Source: Bacteroidales bacterium (lineage in GTDB: Bacteria > Bacteroidota > Bacteroidia > Bacteroidales > VadinHA17). Taken from it: a stretch of 64,000 nt of DNA. The DNA is taken from contig JAWLEO010000004.1 in NCBI GenBank assembly GCA_041686075.1, positions 11,006 through 75,005 on the forward strand. The letters run 5' to 3'. Position 1 is the first letter of the stretch, and the number at the start of each line of letters is the position of its first letter. The notes below the pieces were generated by a model that had not been told where the DNA came from, ran no database searches, and worked only from the letters and a program-made list of their open reading frames with translations. Both the position numbers and the translations under genes were made by a program. Positions 47,962 to 56,678 of the stretch are shown one piece after another.

Positions 47962-49899
47962 TCATTTTTGTACGGCAAGAGCCGCTTCCACATCCTTTTG
48001 CAGCTGTTGGTAATCAAAATGATAAGACATTATTTCGTTTGCTTCCTTAATTAGTTGATAAGCTTCTTCATACCTGCCGAGTTTATAGCAGGCATAGGCT
48101 TTAAGAGCTTTCCCGTTTCCTGATTCAGGGTTTTGTGCCAGCCATTCTTTCTCAACGAATTCCAGACCTTCATTAATATCAATTTCCTGGTCGATAAGGA
48201 GGTGGGCCAGATTGGCCTTATAAACAAAGTTATTGGGATTAAGTTCCGTGGCTTTCCTCATGTGTTCTTCTGCTTCTTTTTTCCTTCCTGCCTCCCAATA
48301 GATATGCCCCAACCAATACTGAATATTATCAGCGGATTCACCCAGGCGATGCTTGGTATTTAAATATTCCCGGAGGTATTTATCAGCAGCACTTGTGTCA
48401 TTCCCGGAAAGGGCACATAGCGAAAGGAGGAAGTAAATTTCTCTTTGGCTTATATCGTCATGTAATATTTCCAGGCCCTTTTCGAGTATTTCTTTTTCCC
48501 TGTCATGGTAGCCGGCATTATGTAAAGCATTTCCAAAATGGGTGTAAAATTTCCAGGTCTTAGGATAATCACCTCTTTCCTGGCTGATACGCATTATCTT
48601 CTCAAATGCGTGAATGGTTTTTTCATATTGTTTTAAAAAATCGTGATATGTTACACCAATGTCATACCAGAGCAATGTTGACTCTATCCCTGATACCTCC
48701 AGCATCTCCAGTTTTTTCCTGATCCTGTCCGGGTTTTCCTCGATGAGAGCTTCATACCATAGGTCAACCCAGTTCTGGTACCTGGGCTGCAGGTTTTCTT
48801 TATGCCGGTATGCTATCTTTGTCCACTCTCTTGCAGCATCCTGATCCTGGGGAGTTTTAAAGCAATGGCTGAATGCAATAAAGAATGAAGCAAGGGTAAA
48901 AGTGGAGTCTATTTCGAGCGCCATTTTCATTTCCTCAATTGCAGGATCATAGTTGCCGGCCAGGAGCATATTCAGACCATCGATATAATGCCTGTATGCT
49001 CCGGGTGACTGTGTATATGCCTTTATGATGTCAGCACCTGCATTCGCTTCAATAGCCCTGATCTCGAGGTGGTTTTTTATTTCCTCGCATAAGGAAGAGG
49101 CCATTTCAAGGTAGCCTGATGACTCCAGGTTACCTTCAACCCGGAGGCTTGATATGACATTCCCTGTTTCCGTATTTACCAGGTTGGCAAGTATCCAGTA
49201 GGTAGATTCACGTCCCTGGTAACTGCCAGTGATATATGTCTCTGCCCTGGCCAGCTTTGCTATTCCCTGTGCCCTGGCGGGTGATATGCCCGCGGTGTAG
49301 ACCTGGTTGGCACTTTCTGTTACCTCGTACATGGTATGATCATCGCAGACTGCCAGTTCAGGCGAAGTGCCAAGTATGTTTATCAATAGTGATGATATCC
49401 CGTTGCTGAACCAGTTCAGTGTTGTGTCACCCGTCTGGTTAACAAAGGGCATAACTGCTATGGAGATCCTGCCGTCATCCTGTCGTATATCATGGAATTT
49501 ATCCCTTTTAAATATTTTAGGATAGACGAGGACCATGACCATTACCACAAGTATGGCAATTACTAGATCGCTTACCTTCAGTTTTCTTTTTTTTGCTCCG
49601 GCAGGAGCAGTATCCCCTGGGTAATTTACATTTTCAGCCCCAGTTGTCTCAGTTTTCTTGATTCCCTCGGATGTAAAATCATATATCCATGAAACCACTG
49701 CAGTAATAACGAAGCCGATGCAAAGGAGGACCAGGACAAAATTTATTGTCCATGCAGGTAAGCCGAGCGGATCGACTATGATCGAAGTTAATTCAAGAAT
49801 AACATAGGCAGCGGCGGCATAAGCGATAATAACACGGATTACCTTCCTGCGCTTCAGTTCCTGCCAGAATGAAAGAGGCTTTTTCGATTTGCCGGCCAT
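47962..49899 (-). CDS. membrane-anchored TPR-repeat protein
   Basis: 645 aa. N-terminal FWQELKRRKVIRV + 2 TM helices, then multiple TPR-like helical repeats (A..Y.LG.Y.EA patterns). Confidence 0.65.
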   Translation of the reverse strand: MAGKSKKPLSFWQELKRRKVIRVIIAYAAAAYVILELTSIIVDPLGLPAWTINFVLVLLCIGFVITAVVSWIYDFTSEGIKKTETTGAENVNYPGDTAPAGAKKRKLKVSDLVIAILVVMVMVLVYPKIFKRDKFHDIRQDDGRISIAVMPFVNQTGDTTLNWFSNGISSLLINILGTSPELAVCDDHTMYEVTESANQVYTAGISPARAQGIAKLARAETYITGSYQGRESTYWILANLVNTETGNVISSLRVEGNLESSGYLEMASSLCEEIKNHLEIRAIEANAGADIIKAYTQSPGAYRHYIDGLNMLLAGNYDPAIEEMKMALEIDSTFTLASFFIAFSHCFKTPQDQDAAREWTKIAYRHKENLQPRYQNWVDLWYEALIEENPDRIRKKLEMLEVSGIESTLLWYDIGVTYHDFLKQYEKTIHAFEKIMRISQERGDYPKTWKFYTHFGNALHNAGYHDREKEILEKGLEILHDDISQREIYFLLSLCALSGNDTSAADKYLREYLNTKHRLGESADNIQYWLGHIYWEAGRKKEAEEHMRKATELNPNNFVYKANLAHLLIDQEIDINEGLEFVEKEWLAQNPESGNGKALKAYACYKLGRYEEAYQLIKEANEIMSYHFDYQQLQKDVEAALAVQK

Positions 49900-50052
49900 C
49901 GGATTTCTGTTAGGTATAATTTATTATTAAAGATATGATATACAGATTACATGTCAAAATAAAGAATTGACATTAAGTATCCCATTCAGAGTAAACAACC
50001 CTAAGAGTTGGAAATGCCTTAAACTTAGCCTTCAGATGTTTTTGTCATGCCT

Positions 50053-51462
50053 TTATTGCACTTCAATATCAAAGATTTCATGCCGGTCAAGGTTTTTCCA
50101 GTAAAGTATGGCTTTTTGCCGAACCAGTTCCCAGTATATATTGCTGTCGAGCCCGTAAATGAAATTGATCTCTTTCAGTTCGTTTCTTATCGCAGAAGCT
50201 AAATCATCAACAAGACTCAGTTTTATAGTTCTGTCCATATAGGTAAAGCTTGCTTGTGGTACACCTTCATCATTGACCACCTCAAGCAAGCCATGCCCTG
50301 GTGTTGCTCCGCAGCTTACCTGCAGGCCGTCATTCAAGCAGCTTACCGGGGTTACTGAACCTGCATACGAGACAACATTCATTTCATCCACACCTATATG
50401 GAAATATTCCCTGGCTCTTATGCCCATCTTTAAACCTATTATTGCATATATACCGAGATGGCGGTGTAACTCATTTGTAAGTACACCAGCTTCAAATTCC
50501 TCCTTGCCATGGCGAGAAATTATATCCGGTATGTATTCCTGTATATCTGGAAAATAAAATGATGTATCGGAAGGTATGTCCTTGAATACCTGGTTCCTGT
50601 TGACCGTATTACCCGATAGGATATCACATATCGCCTCATCATCTATATTTTCCATTACCGGCCTGTAAAAAGAAATATTACCGAGCGAATCACCTGTAAA
50701 CATTTCCGGGTAATGAAGATAAAGGGGTATCATGTCATCTACAAGTCCAAATATGAAGTCGTGATGCTTTTGAGAATTTAAAAGTTCGGATGTTTTCTTA
50801 GCATATGGAGTGTTGATCTCTTTGATCTTTTGCTGAAGCAGGCTGTCATAAAACTCCGGGAAGAAGTATCCCACCACTTTTACAGGTATATCCTTCTCCA
50901 TCATCTTCATGGCCGATAATGTATCGAGCTCGTAATTGAAGCCCCCCAGCGGATTAATGCCATCATTACTCCAGATAAGATTTTTTACCTGGCTGAAAAG
51001 AACAGGATGTTCTTCAGAAAACCGGTAAGCGGTGTTAAGACTTGCCAGTGAAATAAAGCTCACTGGTGTTTTTTCGTGCTGCAGCACATAGCTCAGCACC
51101 TTGTTATAATTCTCGGCCTTATCCGGGTTTATCCCGGTGATATCTGCCCAGTCAAAGGCCATGGGCAGAGGCATTTCCCTGAATGCGGAATTTCTGTTTA
51201 TACCTACTTTAAGACCCTGATGGTAATAATGATTGAGCAAGCTCCTGACTTTAATATATGACTCTTCGGCAGGCATAAGACCGCCGGATGCAATAATTGC
51301 CAGCACCCTGACGTCAGGAGAGGCAAGTAACATGTTTATGGCCTTCAGATCGTCCAGGCCCCCGTCAGTGTCTATTATAACATAATGGGATGGCTTCCAT
51401 GGATGGGCAAATAATATTTGCGTACAAAATATAAGTAAGAGAGCACTTATTATCTTTTTCAT
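50053..51462 (-). CDS. secreted fusion: nucleoside-hydrolase-like domain + FmdE-like domain
   Basis: 469 aa with signal MKKIISALLLIFCTQILFA. N-terminal VIIDTDGGLDDLKAINMLL matches the IUNH DxDxxxDD motif. C-terminal ELHRHLGIYAIIGLKMGIRA..VSCLNDGLQVSCGATPGHGLLEV resembles the FmdE family (HGH.CPG..iG.r.. / C..D.iQ...GCT.Gkg.L) with the first metal motif degenerate. Confidence 0.6.
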   Translation of the reverse strand: MKKIISALLLIFCTQILFAHPWKPSHYVIIDTDGGLDDLKAINMLLASPDVRVLAIIASGGLMPAEESYIKVRSLLNHYYHQGLKVGINRNSAFREMPLPMAFDWADITGINPDKAENYNKVLSYVLQHEKTPVSFISLASLNTAYRFSEEHPVLFSQVKNLIWSNDGINPLGGFNYELDTLSAMKMMEKDIPVKVVGYFFPEFYDSLLQQKIKEINTPYAKKTSELLNSQKHHDFIFGLVDDMIPLYLHYPEMFTGDSLGNISFYRPVMENIDDEAICDILSGNTVNRNQVFKDIPSDTSFYFPDIQEYIPDIISRHGKEEFEAGVLTNELHRHLGIYAIIGLKMGIRAREYFHIGVDEMNVVSYAGSVTPVSCLNDGLQVSCGATPGHGLLEVVNDEGVPQASFTYMDRTIKLSLVDDLASAIRNELKEINFIYGLDSNIYWELVRQKAILYWKNLDRHEIFDIEVQ

Positions 51463-51563
51463 AATTCATTGAAATAATATGCGACTGTAAAAATAAGCAA
51501 ATGTCGTGCCCATATGAAAAAGTTTTTTCTATATTGAGCGATCATTACTTTCGACCACAGTAA

Positions 51564-53084
51564 ATGAAAAGATTCTGGTTCATTTTCATCCCTGGCCTGA
51601 TACTGGGGATTCTTTTGGTTCTTGGAAGTAACAGTGCCATAAGGCTTACTTCCAGGAATGAATTCTGCGCAAGTTGTCATATTCATCCCCAGGCTACCAC
51701 CTCATGGAAACAGTCAGTACATTATATTACGAGGTCAGGTGATAAAACAGCCTGTGTCGAATGTCACCTTCCCCCTAAAGGCCAGGGGCATATACCTGCC
51801 AAGATAAAGACCGGTGTAAGGGATGTATGGGGACAGTGGTTTAAGGATCCGGAGAGTTTTAACTGGGAAGAAAAATCAAGGCTCGAAAATGCCAGGAAGC
51901 ATGTACCGGAGAGTTCGTGCCTCTATTGCCATGAAACATTGTTTACACCCGAGTTGACAAGGGAAGGAGAAGAGGCCCATCTTTATTATGACCAGGCTGA
52001 AAAAACCGATGATCTTCATTGTATTAACTGCCACCTGAATGCAGGTCATTATATCGAGGGGTATACTTATGGCAGCAATGAATCATTCGGGTTGGAGGAG
52101 AAGCCCGAAATAATTTATGACAGGCCGGCAAATGTTATATCATTCAACTCATACACTGAATATATACCGGGCTCTTCCGTTTCCTTTCAGATGGTGGCAA
52201 TCCCCGGAGGTGAATTCACCATGGGCAGCCCGGAGAATGAGCCTTTCAGGGATAAGGATGAAGGGCCGCAGGTTAAAGTAAAGATCAGTCCCTTTTTCAT
52301 GGGAAGGATTGAGGTTACCTGGAATGAATACCTTGCTTTTTATGAGCAGACCTCTGCTGAAGGGCGCACAACAGATACAGAAGGGGTAAGAACAGGGTCG
52401 GCTGTCGATGCCATAAGCGGTGCCACACCCCCATATGGTCAGCCCGACCAGAACTGGGGTATGGGTGACAGGCCTGTGATTTCTATTACCCATCATGCCG
52501 CCCAAACGTATTGTAAATGGCTTAGCCTGGTTACGGGGAAGACCTACCGCCTGCCTACAGAAGGGGAATGGGAATATGCCTGCAGGGCAGGTACGGAGAC
52601 ACCGTATTTCTTTGAGGGCGATCCTGAAGATTTTCAACGAAGAGGATTTTTGTCGTGGATAAGGAAAAATGATACCTCAAAAATTAATACATTTGTCGTA
52701 TACCGGGCCAATAGTTCGGCTAAGACACAGGAGCCTGGAGTGGTGAAACCAAATCCCTTTGGCTTAAAAAATATGCCGGGTAACGTGGAGGAATTTTGTT
52801 CCGATTGGTATTCAGACAGTACATATGCCATGTATCCTGAATCTGGAGTGACAGATCCTATAGGACCACCCTCGGGTGAAGAAAAGGTAATAAGAGGGGG
52901 ATCTTTCAGGGACCCGGCCAGTGAGCTGAGGTCAGCAGAACGTGATCATACAAAAACAGAACGGTGGCTGATGACAGATCCCCAGATACCAAAGAGCATA
53001 TGGTGGTATTCTGATTGTTACCACGTCGGCTTCAGGGTAGTATGTGAGTACGATGAGAACACAGGCAAAACAATGAACGAGTAA
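51564..53084 (+). CDS. membrane-anchored tetraheme NapC/NirT-like cytochrome c fused to an FGE/SUMF1-family domain
   Basis: 506 aa with N-terminal TM (FWFIFIPGLILGILLVLG). Four CxxCH motifs: CASCH, CVECH, CLYCH, CINCH. The FGE-sulfatase-type domain follows (MVAIPGGEFTMGS, PV..ITHHAAQTYCKWLS, YRLPTEGEWEYACRAG, NPFGL.NM.GNV.EFC.DWY, IRGGSF, VGFRVV). Confidence 0.8.
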   Translation: MKRFWFIFIPGLILGILLVLGSNSAIRLTSRNEFCASCHIHPQATTSWKQSVHYITRSGDKTACVECHLPPKGQGHIPAKIKTGVRDVWGQWFKDPESFNWEEKSRLENARKHVPESSCLYCHETLFTPELTREGEEAHLYYDQAEKTDDLHCINCHLNAGHYIEGYTYGSNESFGLEEKPEIIYDRPANVISFNSYTEYIPGSSVSFQMVAIPGGEFTMGSPENEPFRDKDEGPQVKVKISPFFMGRIEVTWNEYLAFYEQTSAEGRTTDTEGVRTGSAVDAISGATPPYGQPDQNWGMGDRPVISITHHAAQTYCKWLSLVTGKTYRLPTEGEWEYACRAGTETPYFFEGDPEDFQRRGFLSWIRKNDTSKINTFVVYRANSSAKTQEPGVVKPNPFGLKNMPGNVEEFCSDWYSDSTYAMYPESGVTDPIGPPSGEEKVIRGGSFRDPASELRSAERDHTKTERWLMTDPQIPKSIWWYSDCYHVGFRVVCEYDENTGKTMNE

Positions 53085-53098
53085 TTATTATTAATCTT

Positions 53099-53275
53099 AT
53101 AACTGATAACCTTGTCCACTGTAGCAAGGCACGGATCTGGAACCGAGGAGCCTGAGCTTGCTATGGCAAGCGATGGTGACGAGCTCGACGAAATGAGTTG
53201 GCACGAGTCTGGAGACTCGCGCCAGCGATTTAAGTCAGATCCGCGCCAGCGAAGGAGGACTCATAACTGATAACC
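53099..53275. repeat. nested GC-rich hairpin element flanked by a 13-bp direct duplication (ATAACTGATAACC)
   Basis: ATAACTGATAACC occurs at 53099-53111 and 53263-53275. Outer clamp is GGCACGGATCT (53128-38) / AGATCCGCGCC-AGCG (53237-51). Inner clamp is GGCACGAGTCT (53200-10) / AGACTCGCGCC-AGCG (53213-27). An extra stem GCTTGC-tatg-GCAAGC lies at 53156-71. Confidence 0.8.
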
Positions 53276-54622
53276 ATGAAAAATTCCATATCACGACGAA
53301 GCTTTCTTGGCAAAGCTGCAGCAGCAGGTGCAGCAGGTGCCGTAATACCCTCTTTTTTGAACTCATGTGCCCCCGATGGCAGTAAGAGAGATATCATAGT
53401 ACCTGAATTCCTTGACCAGGCACCCGACGGACCTGAATTAAAGGCCGGACTTATCGGCTGCGGTGGTCGTGGCACAGGAGCGGCAATTGATTTCCTTTCA
53501 TCCGGCCCGAACCTGAAAGTAATTGCCCTGGGTGATGTGTTCACCGACAGGCTTAATTCATGCAGGGAGAGGCTGGTGAAGGAGAAAAATAATGAAGTGG
53601 CCGATGAAAACTGTTTTATTGGCTTTAATGCTTTTCAGGAGGTAATTGACTCTGGTGTGGATGTAATAATTCTTGCCACTCCACCTTTCTTCAGACCTGA
53701 GCATTTTGCTGCTGCAGTGGATGCACGAAAACATGTTTTCATGGAGAAACCTGTTGCAGTAGATCCTCTAGGTGCAAGGTCAATAATGGCCACTGCAAAA
53801 AAAGCAGAGAGCATGGGCCTCAGTGTCGTGACGGGAACCCAGCGCAGGCACCAGAGGGATTATGCCAATACTTATGCACAGGTTGCGGCAGGCACCATGG
53901 GTGAGATAGTAAGTGCAAACTGCTATTGGAACCAGAGTAAACTGTGGCACCGTAATCCAAACGCAGAGTGGACTGAAATGGAATATATGATCAGGAATTG
54001 GGTAAACTGGTGCTGGCTCTCAGGTGACCACATAGTTGAACAACATGTTCATAACCTGGATGTTATCAACTGGTTTACCGGTAAACACCCTGTCCAGGCT
54101 GTAGGTTTCGGATCACGACACAGGAGGGTTACGGGAGACCAGTATGATAATTTCAGTGTAGATTTTGTTCTGGATAATGGTGTACACGTCCACAGTATGT
54201 GCCGGCAGATCAATGCTTGTGCAAATAACGTTTCAGAGCATATACAGGGAACCCTCGGTTCATCCAATTGCCGGGATTCAATAGTTGATCTCAGTGGACA
54301 GGTGATATGGAAATATGATTATCCCCTGAATGATGAGGGAGAAGAAACAAACAGCGTAAGTATCAGCCCTTATGTCCAGGAACATATTGACCTTGTAACT
54401 GCAATCAGGACAGACAAGCCTTTCAATGAAGCAGAAAATACAGCTATCTCTACAATGGTTGGCATCATGGGTCGTATATCATCTTACACGGGAAAACTGG
54501 TGACATGGGATGAAATGATGAATTCAGACCTTAAGCTCGGACCCCAGGTGTTCGAATTTGGACCGGTAGACATTCCAAAAGAAGTACCTGTTCCCGGTGA
54601 ACCATATAAGCCCGATGTGTAG
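53276..54622 (+). CDS. Tat-exported Gfo/Idh/MocA-family oxidoreductase
   Basis: 448 aa. Twin-arginine signal SRRSFLGKAAAAGAAGAV, Rossmann GLIGCGGRGTGA, and the family EKP motif (FMEKPVA). Confidence 0.85.
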   Translation: MKNSISRRSFLGKAAAAGAAGAVIPSFLNSCAPDGSKRDIIVPEFLDQAPDGPELKAGLIGCGGRGTGAAIDFLSSGPNLKVIALGDVFTDRLNSCRERLVKEKNNEVADENCFIGFNAFQEVIDSGVDVIILATPPFFRPEHFAAAVDARKHVFMEKPVAVDPLGARSIMATAKKAESMGLSVVTGTQRRHQRDYANTYAQVAAGTMGEIVSANCYWNQSKLWHRNPNAEWTEMEYMIRNWVNWCWLSGDHIVEQHVHNLDVINWFTGKHPVQAVGFGSRHRRVTGDQYDNFSVDFVLDNGVHVHSMCRQINACANNVSEHIQGTLGSSNCRDSIVDLSGQVIWKYDYPLNDEGEETNSVSISPYVQEHIDLVTAIRTDKPFNEAENTAISTMVGIMGRISSYTGKLVTWDEMMNSDLKLGPQVFEFGPVDIPKEVPVPGEPYKPDV

Positions 54623-54683
54623 GGTACTGTTATTTCTCGCTATAACTTTTATACTGGATGCCTGCTCATACAATGAGCCTTTA

Positions 54684-55271
54684 TTATTTAGTTTTGCCGT
54701 GTCGGTGCAAGAGTGATTTCTTATGTGGCGGCGGTGCTGCCTGGTGGAATACTTCGCGGTTGACCAGCCTTATGGATTCAATTGTATAAAGGGCACGGGG
54801 GTTATAATTATTTATTATTTCAAGCACAGGCTTGACCATGCTTCTTTTCACTATGATATAAACCACACCTACTTCTCCTTCAACACCGTGTGCCTGTATG
54901 AAGGTAACACCAAAGCCTTTATCCCTTAATGCATCCACAAGGTCTAAGGCTTCGCTCTTTGTTATTACCCTTATCATTTCATGGCCTATGGCCAGGCGCT
55001 CTTCCAGTAACATCCCGATGTAATTACCCGCAGCAAATCCTCCGGCATAAGCAAGGTATGCAATCCAGTTGTCAAGATCCTGGAATATCCTGCTTATCGC
55101 AAGTAACCATATAAGTATTTCGAAGAAACCAATCAGGGGTGCCACATTTTTCATACCCTTGGATACAAATATTATCCTTATTGTTCCAAGTGAGACATCT
55201 GCAATACGTGCCAGGAAGATGAGAAGAGGAAGAACAAGGTAGGAGAAAATGCCGGTTTCAAGAAATTCCAT
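54684..55271 (-). CDS. UPF0316/DUF2179-type small membrane protein
   Basis: 195 aa with 3 N-terminal TM helices (RIADVSLGTIRIIFVSKG pattern) and a C-terminal soluble DUF2179-like domain. By-eye family recognition. Confidence 0.6.
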   Translation of the reverse strand: MEFLETGIFSYLVLPLLIFLARIADVSLGTIRIIFVSKGMKNVAPLIGFFEILIWLLAISRIFQDLDNWIAYLAYAGGFAAGNYIGMLLEERLAIGHEMIRVITKSEALDLVDALRDKGFGVTFIQAHGVEGEVGVVYIIVKRSMVKPVLEIINNYNPRALYTIESIRLVNREVFHQAAPPPHKKSLLHRHGKTK

Positions 55272-55312
55272 TTCGTAAGGGTTTAGATAATATAATTTAT
55301 TTAACTAATCTA

Positions 55313-56677
55313 TTATTCCAGTGCTTTTTTCAGGGCTTCTGTTGTGGTGTAATATTTGACGATCATGTTGGGCACCTCCCATTCTGGCATCTCTCCTTTC
55401 TCCAGGTATTCCAGGTATTTTTCCATTACCTGGCCGAAATGGGCCTCGTGACCCAGCCTGTATTTTTCAGGTATTATGAATTTCCATTTCTTGTCGTTGA
55501 CCTCCAGGTATTCAACTCCATCCCACGGTAATTCATCAAGTGCACTTTTCAGTATATCTTCAAACCCAGGGAGGGTATTTTCAAGTTCAATGTACAGTAC
55601 AGGTATATATCCTTCCTTCTCCCCATGCCTGATCACCAGGTTCGACTTTGTCCCGCGCATTATTGAATAATGAGTATCTCCTGTCCTTTCAGGTGCCCGG
55701 TATTTCCATACAACAACTATCCTGGCAAAGGTGTCTTTTATCTTATACAATATTTCTCCGTTTGCATATACGTGGAGCTCACCATCAATAATATCTTTTT
55801 CAAGATATGGTGGGAAGTCATCCATTCCGGTTACTTTGCTGAACTGGTCAGCACTCAGGACCGTAGGCCACCTGCGGGCTTCAATAATTTCAATATCAGA
55901 TCTTTCAAGTATCTCACCCGGGTAACATTCCCATTGAATGAGGTCAACCAGGTGGGTCGTTACATCCACAATACCTTCTCCCTGTTGCTCGGTGTCAAAG
56001 AACCACGGGGGCCTGACAAGGGCGGAACCGGCCACATATTTAAAGAAGTGATGTACACTCTCTTTGGTAACAGCTGGTTTATCGGGGCTTCCCCTTACTA
56101 GTTGACCGAAAATTTCATTGTTTTGAGACAGGGCTTTCTGAAGCATTGTTGTGATCTCGTATCTCTCGGTCATAATATCATAGAGCAGGACATTATTATC
56201 TTCAGCTATGTTGAATGCCTTTTCCAGCATGGGAAATTTATCCGGAGTAATAACCATGGGCTTATCGGCCAGTACATTCAAGCCGGACTTGATCGATTCA
56301 AGAATATAATCCGTTTTCTTTTGATTATTGCCTGCCAGCACAACAAGATTCCCCGGTTGCTTCACAAGCATCTGTTCAAAGAAATCGGGACCGGTATATA
56401 CCTTTTCTTCCCAGGCTGTGGGATTTTCAGACCTATTATTAAAAGACTTTATCTTTTCCAGGTGCTGATTGAGCTCTTTTCCTTCAGGGGCGAAAACAAA
56501 TACTTCGGGAGATACTCCTTCGTACATATTCTTCTGTACCAGTGCGGCATGGAAATGCCCGGGGTCAACAGTCATAAGTCTAACGTTTTTCATCTTATCA
56601 TTACCGTCTTTTTTACCTGTACCGCAGGATGTTACTGCAATAATGAAAATGATTAACAGGTATTTAATAAATTGCAT
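55313..56677 (-). CDS. lipoprotein oxidoreductase (Gfo/Idh/MocA-related, 'DPGHFHA' type)
   Basis: ORF 55313..56752; likely start is MQFIKYLLIIFIIAVTSC (ATG at complement 56675-56677), 1 nt after the stop of the upstream gene. MTVDPGHFHAALV..VLADKPMVI resembles the putative-oxidoreductase family common in Bacteroidetes. Confidence 0.65.
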   Translation of the reverse strand: MQFIKYLLIIFIIAVTSCGTGKKDGNDKMKNVRLMTVDPGHFHAALVQKNMYEGVSPEVFVFAPEGKELNQHLEKIKSFNNRSENPTAWEEKVYTGPDFFEQMLVKQPGNLVVLAGNNQKKTDYILESIKSGLNVLADKPMVITPDKFPMLEKAFNIAEDNNVLLYDIMTERYEITTMLQKALSQNNEIFGQLVRGSPDKPAVTKESVHHFFKYVAGSALVRPPWFFDTEQQGEGIVDVTTHLVDLIQWECYPGEILERSDIEIIEARRWPTVLSADQFSKVTGMDDFPPYLEKDIIDGELHVYANGEILYKIKDTFARIVVVWKYRAPERTGDTHYSIMRGTKSNLVIRHGEKEGYIPVLYIELENTLPGFEDILKSALDELPWDGVEYLEVNDKKWKFIIPEKYRLGHEAHFGQVMEKYLEYLEKGEMPEWEVPNMIVKYYTTTEALKKALE

Positions 56678-56678
56678 A

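Noticed and set aside
51564-53084. The FGE-domain protein as the gliding/T9SS lipoprotein GldK or GldJ
   Set aside because: It has an N-terminal TM anchor plus four heme-binding CxxCH motifs instead of a lipoprotein signal, and no gldL/M/N genes follow it.
53230-53544. 104-aa minus-strand ORF spanning the repeat and the oxidoreductase start
   Set aside because: It is antisense to the Tat-signal region of a well-supported gene and extends into the hairpin element. The Ala/Pro-rich sequence is the mirror of the Tat signal.
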